Source: Octopus sinensis (lineage: Eukaryota). From it: DNA of 64,000 nucleotides. Shown here one piece after another: positions 27,100-40,724 of the stretch; positions within the stretch are counted from its first letter, which is position 1; the number at the start of each line of letters is the position of its first letter. Below the pieces are notes generated by a model, which was not told the origin of the DNA, searched no databases, and worked only from the letters and a program-made list of their open reading frames with translations. The stretch covers positions 16,058,001 to 16,122,000 of the forward strand of contig NC_043000.1 in NCBI RefSeq assembly GCF_006345805.1, in the 5' to 3' direction. The position numbers were made by a program, and so were the translations under genes.

Positions 27100-29700
27100 T
27101 TCAATTAAAGCCTTAATTAGTAGGTTTATGAAACTTACATGACTCGTCACATGTGGACAAATATATCTACATGTGAGAACCAGCGAAAGAAAACGACTAA
27201 TATTTCGGATATTGTGATTATTTTTGACCTTTCCTGTCTACGAGGTAATTAAATAGAAGAAAAGAAAAAAAATAAATGAAAAACAAGAATGTTCTTCGCT
27301 ATGCAATTAAAAAAAAAATGAAGCTGAATCTTCAGGGTTGAGATGAAATGCTAATTTCTTTCTTTCCAACTTGTAATTTTCTACGCAGTACCCAGATTAG
27401 ATTTCCTTGCATACCTGTAACTACTAGACAATAAAAACAAGGAATTGCTGTGTTACACAGACACAGCAGGTGTATGGTAATGATCTGTAATAAACAGCAA
27501 CCAGCTTTAACGTGTAGCCGCAATTTTAACGTGTCCACTATTTTCATACTAAATTCCATTCAGATTTCTTTCTTCCACCCTACCCTACTCTCTAACATGG
27601 ATATTTTTGTTTTAATTATATATATATTTGGGGGGAAATGTTTTTAAATGGGAGAAAAATCATAAAACAAATTCAAAATTATGCGAGGGAAATTAGAAGC
27701 TTTCGATCGAGGCTAACCGCCCTTCTCCAGCTACATTCAACACATCAACTAATGTTAGAGTCCAGCTTTAACTTTATCTAGTATTCACACAGCGATAATT
27801 TTGTTTCCGAAATAGGTAAATCATATTTTCTTCAAACTTGTTTACAAAAATCAAGTGAAAGAGACACAGAGAAAGAAAATGAGAAACAAACAAACAAATG
27901 CACCCACCACTACTGCCAGATAAAATCTGAAGCAATCTTTAAAGCTCCTATTTGGTGTTGTATGGAAAATAGATTAAATGGTGAAGCATATAAAATTGGG
28001 AAGCAGGTGTAGACTTTTAAAGCTTTAAGGATTAACTCAAGCATTTCAATATTTCAAATCAACTAGTGCGGTCTTTATTCGAATGAATAATCCACTCTTG
28101 AGTTTTGATTTGAACTAGATTTTATAAAAGATTTGGTAAAATTACTTAGAACTAAATATACAAAAAGCAATTCTACCATGGAAAAAAACAGATAACTTGT
28201 GCTAAATAAGAGAAATATTTTTTAAGCAAGCCATCATCAATGTAGTCTTTCTCCTTCGACATTAAGAAGTGGCGGTGAAGCTTGCTGCAGTCCTAAACAC
28301 AGCACGTACAATCTAACGGAATTGGAGGGAGGGGGTAAAAGAGCTTATTAGTTAAGAAAAAAGACCATTTAAACTTTTTATGGAAAGAAACGTAGACATA
28401 GTTACGGTAATATAACTGATCAATAATCAAGGCCAAAAGTTAAAAACGTTAACAGACATTGTAGAGTGGAAGTGAGCACTAATGTTAATCTACAAGTCAG
28501 AGCTAATCAAAACACATACACATAGGGGTTGAACGGTTCACAGTAGTAGTAGCACTGTTGCATGCTGGATTGTTTGGGCTTCTTTTCGAATGAATCATTT
28601 AATCGCTAAACAAGAGAAATAGTCGAAAAAAAATGTGCTGAGCTCAATAAAATAACCCCCACATGTGCCGTGGTAGCAAGAAAGGAAAATAAAACAAAGC
28701 AATAAGGAAATAAGAAAGAAAAAATATAAAAAAAAGATCAATAAAAAACCGAAATCTAGACGTTAATGTAGATTTAAAAACAATTAACATGGTAATAATT
28801 TCATATCGGAATTTTTTCCTGCATATTTTTTTATTAGTCAACATCAATAGGTGTTAATAATATTAATTACCTGTAAAAAGTTGCCTCGACCGATAACGGT
28901 CTGTGAATCTGTAGGAACGGTGATAGATTCGCCTCCATCAATTGGTCTTAGAACGATGCCTGACATTTCAGTAGAAATCAGAAACTCATCCAAATAAAAA
29001 TGTTAAAATGATAAAAGAGTTCAAAAGAAAAAGGGTGGCGTTTAAAAGAAAAATGAATCAGTTCAGCGTTCAATAATGCACATATATAACAAGTATGATG
29101 GTCTGGCCAAAATTCTTCAGACGGCTGGTTATGCCAGAATCCAGGTCAAAATTCTTCCCGTAAGCATCTCGTTACGAGCAGTGCTGACGTGTTTCCCCCA
29201 TAAAATTTGTAATCAAAGTGAAGAATTGAAAGATAAATGAATTTCCTGACTCAGAAATATTCTCAGTTGGTGTTTCGACGTAATTCTAGCGACAAAAGAT
29301 AGCCATACATAACAAGAAAAATTGCTATTTCGTCCTTATTCATAAACAAGTTGTCCTATATAGTCAGCCATGTTTGTTTGGGCTACACATAGATTTTTAA
29401 CTTCAGCTATTAGAGAGTACAGCAAAGAACTAAAAGTACTTCACTAAGGAAAATATTTTTTAAACTTTAAAGTTTTCCCCTAAATTTTTGTCGAGAACTG
29501 ATCAATAATCATGGAATTTATATATTTCTATTTCCATGAAATAAATAACTATGCGCTCTAGATATATAGTTCATGAATAAATAATATTGCTAAGTATTTA
29601 TATTAGTTACAAACCTGCCTATAGTTATGTGATGTATGTAAACATTTGTGGATAAACAGACACACATGTTTACATACATAAATATCACTTTATTGCATTC
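27100..29700. promoter_or_regulatory. SINE-free, CpG-retaining island around the APLF-like start (promoter, 5'UTR, proximal intron 1)
   Basis: None of the SINE/LINE families that recur every 0.5-1 kb elsewhere is seen here; CG dinucleotides are visibly more frequent; the region brackets the ATG at 28966. Confidence 0.5.
28871..28966 (-). CDS. APLF: First coding exon of an FHA-domain DNA-repair gene, best match aprataxin and PNK-like factor
   Basis: Minus strand reads ATG...CAG|GTAATT, 96 nt = MSGIVLRPIDGGESITVPTDSQTVIGRGNFLQ. This resembles the APLF N-terminus as I recall it (MSGGFELQPRDGG...TVIGRGPLLG) and contains the FHA GR motif. Canonical phase-0 donor. PNKP and APTX FHA domains are weaker alternatives. 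Exon 2 was not found. Confidence 0.75.
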
Positions 29701-30411
29701 ATTATATAAAGATGAATAAACGTAGCTGTTCATATTTTCGTTTTCCTAATTATTGTCATATTATTGGGATATTATCACAATTATAATCATTTCATTCTCT
29801 CTTTTTCATACTTCTTTTCACCTATTTTTGTCTATATTTAAATGGTTAACTTAAGAACAGGGATGCTTTTCTTATTGATATATATATATATATGTATATA
29901 TATATATTCACATGCACACGTGTTTGCATGTTAATGTATATTTATTTATGTATATATGTGTACTGTCAATGATTAAGTAGATATGTGAAAAGGAATTGTG
30001 ATACTTAATAAAATATCTATTATAAAATAATAGGTAAAAAAATTTACTTTTTTTATACCTGTAATGAGTGTACTACAATGGAATTGTTATATATATATGT
30101 TTGTGTGTGTGTGTGTATTTATACATACACACATCTAAGCATATATATGTAGTTAATAATTTATCTTAACTACCAAAGTAATAGTTTTCATTCTTCTGTT
30201 TAGATGTAGATGTAAGTTTCATAAACATGTTCCAACTGAAATAGAATGTATATATATATATATATATATATACACTGACCACAAAATGTATTACAATATA
30301 ATCCCCATCTATTCTACTAAACCTGAAAATATGCACCAGAAAGGTAAAGTTACCAACTCAAAAGCCTTATTAAGCCCGACACCCACAATATTTGAAAATA
30401 CTGAAACTATT

Positions 30412-31290
30412 GTGTTGTGTCAAAAGTTTTTGGCAATATTTTGGTAACTTATTTATTCATCAAGTTACAACAAAAGAAGCCTAGCATTCATAGTAGAGGT
30501 TGTTGTGTTGCCCCATTTAAACCTTTCTGCCAGTTCCTTGATTCCATGCTGATATCAGTTCTTGTACTTAGAGATGAAGAATTCCTTCACTGAAGCTTCC
30601 ATCTCCTCTTAGTTGATGAAGCCTCACAAGCACAGGAAGTGAGCCATGTATTGGAACAACTAATGATCCAAGGGAGCTAGGTCTGGACTATACGCAGGGT
30701 GTGACATTAGTTTGATTTCCTCAAGTTCCTGGAGTTTATTGCAGGTCATTCGAGAGTACAAGGTTTTGTGTTGTCTTGCTACAGAAGAGCTTGTTTTCTG
30801 TTAACCAATGTTGGCTATTTTTGCTACACAATGGCATACATCCATACTCTCCAAGTGCTACTTTCAAGATTTACCTCTATGGCTTAGGGCATGGCTACAG
30901 AATCCATGGTTTTAGGTTTACCTGACCTTCCTTGATTATCAAGGTTCTTGCAATTCAGGCAAAATTTCTTGAACCATCTAGTTACTGTGCTGTGATCAAC
31001 TACACCTTCACCTTTCACACAACAAATGTTTTTGGTTGCTTCCACAGTGTTGTGGTCCAGTTCAAACTCATAAAACATAAGTTCCTGAATTAGACTATAT
31101 TGCACGTTTATTTGTGTGTCTTTCAAATCACTTAGGGAGTGAAGCGATGCATAACATATCAATGCACCAACTGCCACAATGCTGCCAACCTCAGTGGGTA
31201 TCATCCACAGCTTGAACTGTTTCAGTTACATGATATACACACCATAAACTAGCACTTACACAATTATTGCCAAACTTTTGACTCTCCTCA
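30412..31290 (-). mobile_element. Internally deleted mariner transposon
   Basis: TIRs tcaaaagtttttggcaat / attgccaaacttttga; N-terminal HTH (EATKNIC...TVTRWFKKF) and C-terminal HPAYSPDLAP remnants. Confidence 0.8.
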
Positions 31291-31355
31291 ACATGTAGCT
31301 ACACATTTTCAAGAGGAAATCATACAGCTGCATTTCCAGAATGTTCACCATACAA

Positions 31356-31898
31356 TTCAGTTGTCCGGAAAGTTCATGCTGATTTTTAAAGGAAAGAAAA
31401 AGGTCAATAAATACTTGCCATTACATTTTTAATCAACCAAATATGAACCGTTTTGTTGCACAATGCGTCTCCATCTTTCCTTTAACTTGAAAATGGCCTT
31501 TCCCCAGAATTGAGGTGGTTTCATGGCAAAGGATTCATCAAGGTATCTTTTTACGTCATCCAAGGAATTGAAATTTTTACCATTAAGACTATTCTGCAGA
31601 GACCTGAATAAGTGGAAATCCGAAGGAGCAATATCTGGTGAATATGGAGGGTGGGGTAACACATACCAGCTGAGCTAAAGCATCAAGTGCTGAAAATGAA
31701 CTTAATTATCTTCCATTTTAAAGGGTTACAGAATTAACACAGGTTATAGGAACATAAAGCTTCTTCCACAAAAAGATAGCTTAAACTGTGATCTAAATGG
31801 AAGTGTAGTCAAATCCTATTTTATGGACTCAACCATGTTCTAAAATAAGTCGAAAGGTAAGCTACTATAAATTGGCACAAACTTTCCGGACAACCCAA
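31356..31898 (-). mobile_element. Internally deleted mariner transposon
   Basis: TIR gttgtccggaaagtt at both ends; HPPYSPDIAPSDFHLF...WRRIVQQNGSY. Confidence 0.9.
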
Positions 31899-34800
31899 TA
31901 AAATATACCTAAGTTAACAATATGCAACAAAGATGTGTATGTTCATAAGAATGTTTCATGTACAGAAATAACTTTTTCTCAGCTACACAAATTCTGATAA
32001 CCTGCATGAGCTTTGATTTATTCAAATAACAATCTTTAAGCAGAATTGTTATTTTAAAATAATAGATATATGAGATTATAAAAAAATAGACTAAATACTT
32101 GACTCTCTAGCATTTACCATATCAGTCATATCTGGCCTGAATATTCCACCTGCTTTATGTTCAAACTGGCCAGATCCAACTTCTCACACCTACGATATAA
32201 TGTCATTCTAAAAACAAACAGTCACAAAGCTGAAATCTTGAAGCTACAGGATAATGCATTATTAATTCAAAGTCATGAGAATAATTAACCCTTTTGATGC
32301 CAACCCACATGAAACCGTCCCTGGCTCTGTAGTACAAATATCTTGTTTTCATAAGTTTTGAATTAAAATCTTCCACCAAACTTTAGTCACAATTTATGTT
32401 CTTAACACTAGCTTAATGATAACTAAGTTATTTTACTAAATTCTTTGTTATATTTAGAATTAACTGAAAGAAACACAGATCACCTCAAAAGAAATATGGT
32501 AATGAAAGGGTTAAAGGAATCTTTTCCAGACAAAAGACTGCAGCTCTTGGAGTTTAACAACATGTGTACATTAACCCTTTCATTACCAACCTGGCTGAAA
32601 CCACCTTTGGCTCTGTAGTACAAATGTCTTGTTTTCATAAGTTTTGAATTAAAATCTTCCACCAAACCTTAGTCACAATTTATGTTCCTAACACTAGCTT
32701 AATGATAACTAAGTTATTTTACTAAATTCTTTGTTATATCTAAAATTATTGAGAGAAACTCAGAGCATCTCAAAATAAATACAGTAATGAAAGGGTTAAC
32801 TGGCCCGTTAAAAGCACCCTTCAATCGCTAGATGATATGCTGTGCTTCTGAAGACCTGTAGTCGTGGCATTGCCAGTGCTGTCTGACTGGCACATGCAAA
32901 GCACTGTTCGTGCATTGGGTCTCATGGGGGCAATGATGTCAAGCCAAGTAAGATTGTAGTAGTGGCCAAAGACAGTGTTGTGTAACTGGCCTGTTAAAAG
33001 CAACCTTCAGTTGTTGAGTAATATGCTGTTGAGTGATATGCTGTGCATGTGAAGACCTGTTGAACTGGGTGAAATCATAGTTGCCAGTGGCGTCCGACTG
33101 ACACCCATGCTGGTAGTGCATAAAAAGCACCATTCAAGCAGTGACAGGTAACCAAGAACCTTGGCGATATACCGCACTAGTGTTGACCTGTCAAACCAAG
33201 TGTAGTCATGGTCAATGCTGGTGTCAGATCAGTGGCATGTAAAAAGTACCCACTACACTCTTGGAGTGGTTGGCATTAGGAAGGGAATCCAGCTGTAGAA
33301 ACCATGCCAAATCAGATTGGAACCTAGTGCAGCCTCCCAGCTTACCAGCTTTCATTCTAACCATCCAACCCATGCCAGCATGGAAAGCGAACATTAAACA
33401 ATGATGATAATGATGATGTAGATATATATATGCATATATATTCCAAGCTTGATCGCTGCCAGAGCAGCTGACTGGCTTCTGTGCTGGTGGCACATAAAAA
33501 GCACCATTTGAGTGAGGCTGTTACCAGTACCGCCTGACTGGCCCTTGTGCCGGTGGCATGTAAAAGCACCCACTAAACTCTCAGAGTGGTTGGCATTAGG
33601 AAGGGCATCGAGCTGTAGAAACTCTGGCAGATCAGATTGGAGCTTGATGTAGCTATCTGGTTCGCCAGTCCTCAGTCAAATTGTCCAACCCATGCTAGCA
33701 TGTAAAGCAGACGTTAAATGATGATGATGATGATGATAATACAACTCTATTCTTTTGATCACTACTCTATGAAATTTCATTCTTTTTCGTATTTTTCTCA
33801 AAGAGACTATATAATAATTGAGAGAAACAGAGCATCTCAAAATAAATACAGTAATGAAAGGGTTAACTGGCCCGTTAAAAGCACCCTTCAATTGCTGAGC
33901 GATATGCTGTGCTTCTGAAGTTGAGGAATTAGTAAAAACTTGGTCACAATTTCAAGCAATGTGATAAGCATTGTGTTGTGTCTCTAGTTAAGCAAACCAC
34001 ATCAATCAAAGGTTAATTTTAATTGAATATATGTCACTTTTGCATTTTGGCTATCTAATTAACTATTCTAGCAGGAAAAAAAATCTTGCTTCATTAATCA
34101 AAAAACTAAATTTTAGAACATTCTGCAAATGTCAATAGCAAAGGAATATTTATATATAAAGTATAGAAGCCATCTTATCATGGCTAACCACATTGGGGAG
34201 GGGGTGTTACTGTAGCTAACCAATGTGGTTAGCCATGATAAGATGGCTTCTATACTTTACATTATCGAGCGATTACTGTTTCAATCTCATTCTGAGATTT
34301 AATTATTTATATATAGTTATGTAAGAATCACTATACTTTTTCCATGCATGCTTTCTCTGAAGAGCATGTAGTGTTAGTTAATGACATTGTTATCTAATAG
34401 GCAGTGTGAAACTGATTGGTAAGACCAGCTGAAATGAAAGAGCTTCAGAGCATAGTTCTAAGTACAAATATGTGCTATTTCATGTTAATATTTACACAAG
34501 TAAAAGACAGCGAGCAAGCAGAAACATTAGTACACCGGGCAAAATGCTTAGTAGTATTTCATCTGTCTTTATGTTCTGAGTTCAAATTCTGCCACGGTCG
34601 ACTTTGCCTCTCCGTCTTTTGGGGTCGATAAGTACCAGTTGCATACTGGGGTTGATCTAATTGACTGCTCCTCCCCCGCAAAAATTTCAGGCCTTCTAAT
34701 AAGAGTAGAAAAGAATATGGTAGAATTGTTACTGTGCCAGGCAAAATGCTAAGCAGCATTTTGTCTGACTTTACATTCTGAGTTCAAATACCGCCAGGGT

Positions 34801-34917
34801 TGACTTTGCCTTTCATCCTTTCGAGATTGATAAAATAAGTACTAGCTGAGCACTGGAGTTGATGTAATTGACTTCCCCTTCCCCCAAAATTGCTGGCCTT
34901 GTGACAAAATTTGAACC

Positions 34918-35220
34918 CATTATTACCTCCACCTTAGTGAAGACAGAGGTATTGTTTTCAGTCATGTTTGTTTGTCCATGGACAAGATATATCAAGTACC
35001 GCTGGATAGATTTGGATGAAACTTTCAGGGATGTTTGATCTAATGGCTGGCACAAACTGATTAGATTTTGGGATCAATCCAGTACCGGACGAGGATTCTG
35101 GATTATTTTTCTTGTTTTTTTTACTTAATTCTTGAGAGTGGTCGGGTTCATTTTTAGTATTTTCATTTGTGAGAGAAGTTGAGTTTATTTCAGATATTCT
35201 CATTTTAAAAATCATCTCTG
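34918..35220 (+). mobile_element. Helentron/HINE-like non-autonomous element
   Basis: Begins ttattacctccacc...gaggtattgttttc followed by (tttg)n, a layout I recall for Helentron-associated elements. Confidence 0.45.
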
Positions 35221-35593
35221 GCTATCTTTTGTCAAAAGATAGAAGATTCTTGCTGTTGAACTTCTTCCTTGTATCAGCTACTTTTCTAATAAACTTCCCT
35301 GTTGTTTACCTTGCATAAGTAGTTTTAAAATATTAGATTGACATATTGTTGTCTAATCTCGAGGCAATTTCTTCCACTACTTACTTTTACTTTACTTTTA
35401 CTTGTTTCAGTCATTTGACTGCGGCCATGCTGGAGCACCGCCTTTAGTCGAGCAAATCGACCCCGGGACTTATTCTTTGTAAGCCCAGTACTTATTCTAT
35501 CGGTCTCTTTTTGCCGAACCGCTAAGTGATGGGGACGTAAACACACCAGCATCGGTTGTCAAGCAATGCTAGAGGACAAACACAGACACACAA

Positions 35594-35660
<67 letters not shown>

Positions 35661-37851
35661 CATACGACAGGCTTCTTTCAGTTTCCGTCTACCAAATCCA
35701 CAAGGCTTTGGTCGGCCCGAGGCTATAGTAGAAGAGACTTGCCCAAGGTGTCACGCATTGGGACTGAACCCGGAACCATGTAGTTCATAAGCAAGCTACT
35801 TACCACACAGCCACTCCTGCACCTATATTTCCTTTATTTCCTCTTTCACTTTCACTTCACATCAGTTCGAATATTCTTTTATTCACTTTAGTCATTGGAA
35901 TACTGCCATGCTGTAGCACTACTATTACAACTTTATTCATTCTTTCCTTTATTGCTCCCTGGGGGCTAAACATAGAGGAAACAAACAAGGACAGACACAG
36001 GAATTAAGTCGATCACATCGACCCCAGTGCATAACTGGTACTTATTTAATTGACAATAGTATAAATAAGTCCTAGGCTCTGCATTTTTTTGAAGTCTCAT
36101 ATCTATTTTATTGGTCTCTTTTTATCCAACTGCAAAGTTACAGGTATGTTAGCAATCAGCACTAGCTGTCAAAGCAGGAGGTGGGGGTAAACAATCATGT
36201 GCACACACATACACATGAAGGCAACAAGCTTCCACACAGTTTCCATCTACTTACTTGAGGTGCTGTGCAGTGGGACTAAACTCAGAATCATGTGGCTACA
36301 TTGCAAACTTCTTAAGCTCACAGCTTTGCCTTTAACATTTTCATTCTTTTAGAAGGTGGCAAGCTGGCAGAAAAGGTTGACTTTGCCTTTCATCCTATCG
36401 GGGTCGATAAATTAAGTACCAATTGTGTACTGGGGTCGATGTAATCGACTTAATCCCTTTGTCCCCTCTATGTTTAGCCCCTTGTGGCCAATAAAGAAAT
36501 AAGAATCATTAGCATTATTGCAAAATTAGCAGCTTTTCATCCATCTTTATGTTCTCAATTCCAATTCTGCAGAGATCAACTTTGCCTTTCATCCTTTCAG
36601 GGGTCAATAAAATAAGTACCAGTTGCACACTGGGATCGATGTAATTGACTTACCCCCTCCCCCCAAATTCCTGGCCTCGTGCCGAAATTTGAAATCAATG
36701 GTTTCTTTCTTTCCTCATCCAAATTTCATATCTCATTACTTGTCTTGGTGATTTCTCAATCTCGTTTCATTGGCTGATTCACCTCCTCCACTTGTGTTCT
36801 TTCATAAATTTATATTCTCGGTTTGACACATGAAATTACTTGCAAGTGTTTCTGAATTACATTTTGTTTATAATTACATTAATTATAATTTAAACTTGAA
36901 ATGTAAATTTAATTGGAGAATTAATAATCTAAAATTAAATGCTGAATGTTTATTGAACATTTCAATAAAACGTGGATGTAAACATCATGGTCATGTGAAA
37001 GAGAATATTTCTATACTCAATACTTAATGAATTCTTATCACTACTCAGTTTTGGAATTCTCTTTCAAGTGTATTATATGTGTGATGTATCTACATCTTAT
37101 CTATAGACTTGTATTATGTTGAAATTGCTGCCATCATTTTGGAATTTGTTGCAAAAAATCTCAGTAGACATATAAAAGTATTCTAACTTTTTTCATACCA
37201 AAGCACTTGAGACCTCCTGTTTTAAAGTGGACTAAATTTAAACCTTCTGTTGAAATTTCATGTTAAATTATGTTCCAAACACCAGATTATTATGTTCCAA
37301 AATGATAGTTCCGAATGTTGGCACAAAACCGGTAGTATTAGTCAATTACACTGGCCCTAGTAATTGACTGGCACTTTCTTCTTTGACCCCTGAAAGGCTG
37401 AAAGCAAAGTCGGCCTTGGCAGCTTTATGTTGCAAGATAATGACAATTATTTTACTAAACCCTTCATTAAATTTAACTGAATCACAGGCAGTGTATTTCA
37501 GAAGTAATATGGTAATGAAAGAATTAAACACATTCAAGACGCATCGAAAATTTTAGGAAAATAAAAATAAGAAAAAAGTGGAAATTTTACCGGTGAGTGT
37601 GTTACATTATAAGGCACAAAAAGAAAATGACTCTACCCAGACACAACAGAATATGCTTCAACACACGAACTCATATAAAGAATCTTACAAACCAAATCCA
37701 AAGACGAAACATTCATCAAAGTTTTATTTTTAATCTGGATTTGAATCATCTTCTGTACCTTTGCATTCAATTTTATTCAATTTAACCAAATTCATGTTAC
37801 TAGATATACTTACCTGTGCTCTTCTCAATACGTGTGATGTATCAGTTAAGA

Positions 37852-37889
<38 letters not shown>

Positions 37890-38169
37890 TGCGATCAGCC
37901 TTCACAACTTTTTTCCATGTCTTCCTTGATCTCCCTCTTCAATATGTTCCTTTCACTTGGTGTATTTAAACCATAAACATGTTACTTGTCTGTATCAGCA
38001 CAATCTTCTCTCTTGCACACAACAGCTGATTTTTGTTATATCCAGTTTTTCCCTCCGCTCATTTGTGCTCCCTCCTTAATGCTCACATTTTTATACCAGG
38101 CTTGGCATATGCTCTGGGTGCTATGTCCATGTTTTGCCAACAGACAAAATGCAAAAATATTGCAAACAA

Positions 38170-38385
38170 ATATAAACCTGACATGTAATTGTCAAAATAT
38201 GGACTGTTACCTCCTAATGCACAACTGCTCAACCACAGGACTCTCAAAACATATCTGGGAGTTAAGAAACCAAGGAGAAAGCACCAATTTATCAAGGTAG
38301 TATTAGATAGGGTACAAATATGTAAGAATTGATCAAAGTGCTATGACATGTGTTATACAAACTCTACATCATCTGCCACCTTAGA
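38170..38385 (+). pseudogene. Penelope-like element GIY-YIG endonuclease remnant
   Basis: Translates to LTCNCQNMDC...TGLSKHIWELRNQG and LDRVQICKN*SKCYDMC, resembling the CNC-x-C linker, LSKHIW and C-x2-C motifs of invertebrate PLE endonucleases; internally deleted, with stops. Confidence 0.65.
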
Positions 38386-38669
38386 CATAAATCAAGAGTG
38401 AACCAATTTCAGCTTCCTGGTAGATGTCTAAATTTTTCCTTGAGGATCCTTATTTATGTTACATAAATTAAAACATATTCAGACACACACATAGAAGCAA
38501 ATAGAAATGCATGTACATAAATAATATCTCTGTGTGTGCGTCTGTGTACTATTGCCCTCTTATATTATAATTAAATGAGTTTGTATCAGATTTGATTGAA
38601 TAACCGGAATATTCATTATTGAAACTGACAGAAGATTAATTTATGTTTATATCCTTTATACACACACTC

Positions 38670-38706
<37 letters not shown>

Positions 38707-39960
38707 CATACATACATATACAAAAGAGCTAAGAGAAATAACTTGAAGTAGCATGTATTTGAATAATATAGACAAATACTGTTATGTTGAATACCATTAC
38801 AAAAAAATTCTTGATTTTCTTAAAAAAAAATCATCTCTGCCTTTAGAGGATGCATCATATTGATCAAATGACAATTACAACCAGCTCCACTTGAGATAGA
38901 GAGATAATCTCAAGGTTCGAGAATTCTCCCAAACTGACATACCATTAGGGAAATGGATGGGCTTATTGTCTAGAAATTAAAGGACAGTCCTGGACATGTG
39001 TTTCTGCCTCAACAGCATTGATAAGCACAACAATTGCCCTACTTTATTTCCCGTGGCCAAAAGATTAAAATTTTTAGAAACAAAACAGAAAACATTTATG
39101 ACGTAGGCAATTTGCATAATTTTTTTTAAAAAAAAAGCTAAGAGAAATAACTCAAAGTGACCAGTGGCATGTATTTGAATACCATAAACAAATACCAGTA
39201 TATCAAATACCATACAACGAAAATTTTTATTAAAATTATCTCTACTTCCAAAGGATATATCATAATTATGAAATTGCAATTATGACAAGTTCCACTTGAG
39301 AAAGGGCGATAATTTCAAGATTCAAGAATTCTCCAAAACAATATATGTCAAAACACACACATGCACACACACACACACACACACACGCATACACACGTGC
39401 ACACTTATATACTCTTTTACTTGTTTCAGTCATTTGACTGTAGCCATGCTGGAGCACCGCCTTTAGTCAAGCAAATCGACCCCAGAACTTATTCTTTGTA
39501 AGCCTAGTACTTATTCTATCGGTCTCTTTTGCCGAACCGCTAAGTTACGGGGACATAAACACACCAGCATCAGTTGTCAAGCGATGTTGGGGGGACAAAC
39601 ACAGGCACACAAACACACACGTATATACATATACATATATACGACGGGCTTCGTTCAGTTTCCATCTACCAAATCTACTCACAAAGCTTTGATCGGCCTG
39701 AGGTTATAGTAGTAGACACTTGCCCAAGGTGCCATACAGTAGGACTGAACCCGGAACCATGTGGTTGGCAAGCAAGCTACTTACCACACGCCTATATACA
39801 CAGAATTTTAAAATCTATATACAAAGAATTTTTAAAATAAATGATTCACTGACAGTTTCAGTAAAGATTGTTCCAGTTACTTGATCTACTAAAATAACCA
39901 GCCTCTGGTATTGTTGCCCAATGCAGAGCAGTCTCAGCCGGCCACTGTTTTTATACTGAA

Positions 39961-40358
39961 CTAGCAGCATAGCCCGGCGTTGCCCGGGTATGTAAGAGCC
40001 CCTAGTAGGCAACGACTAATCCCAATCTAGTTCTTTCCCTCTAGGGAACGAAGGCGCATGTGTAGGTTGCAACGTCTTCTCTTCACTCAAACACTTCTAT
40101 GTATACGATGTTCCTATCTGTCTCCCGACAGAAAATGTGTTGCATATAAAAAGCTTAGATTCTCGACCCCATGTCGAATTTATCGATTTTTTTCAAAACT
40201 GGGGGAACTTTTCAAAATTTTCGCTGTGTTAGTTTTGAATTATGACATTGGGCTATGTGTGTCAAGTTTCATCAGAATCGGTTGAAAGCCGTGGTCAGGG
40301 TGAGGGTACAACCTGACAGACACACAGACAGACAAACTGCCATTTATATATAGAGAGA
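39961..40358 (-). mobile_element. Helitron, type A 5' end with a different 3' end
   Basis: Shares the 5' ~200 bp with 6075; ends cccgggcaacgccgggctatgctgCTAG. Confidence 0.8.
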
Positions 40359-40724
40359 TAACAGGTCATATCAGATATCATGTGTTTTTGTTATATTCTG
40401 AAGGATGAGAACCACCCAAATACAACGATGTTATTGGCTAGGACACAAAATGAAACTGAGGACCTACCAAAGCAATGGACAGAGATTTTCGATGCAACAT
40501 TGTAAAATGTATCTCCGTTACAGCCACTTGGAGAATAAATTATAGTGTAAGAAGGTGAATATTACATAGACACTTACATCCGTATTGTATTTCTTCGGCA
40601 GCATCAGTATGTACAGTCCATCTGATGGCTCCCACACTGTTTCTGATAGTTTCACAAAGGGCAGAGTACATTGATAGAGAAATACAAGGTATTGTTCTAG
40701 AAGTAGCGTTATTTGATGATAACG

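Noticed and set aside
27332-27559. ORF containing IPCFY, resembling APLF NPCFY
   Set aside because: Surrounding residues do not match the FHA domain, and the SRxH exon that must precede it is absent.
29077-29165. Possible first exon of a divergent plus-strand gene (MHIYNKYDGLAKILQ...|gtaagc)
   Set aside because: No recognisable homology and no downstream exon found; could be UTR or promoter.
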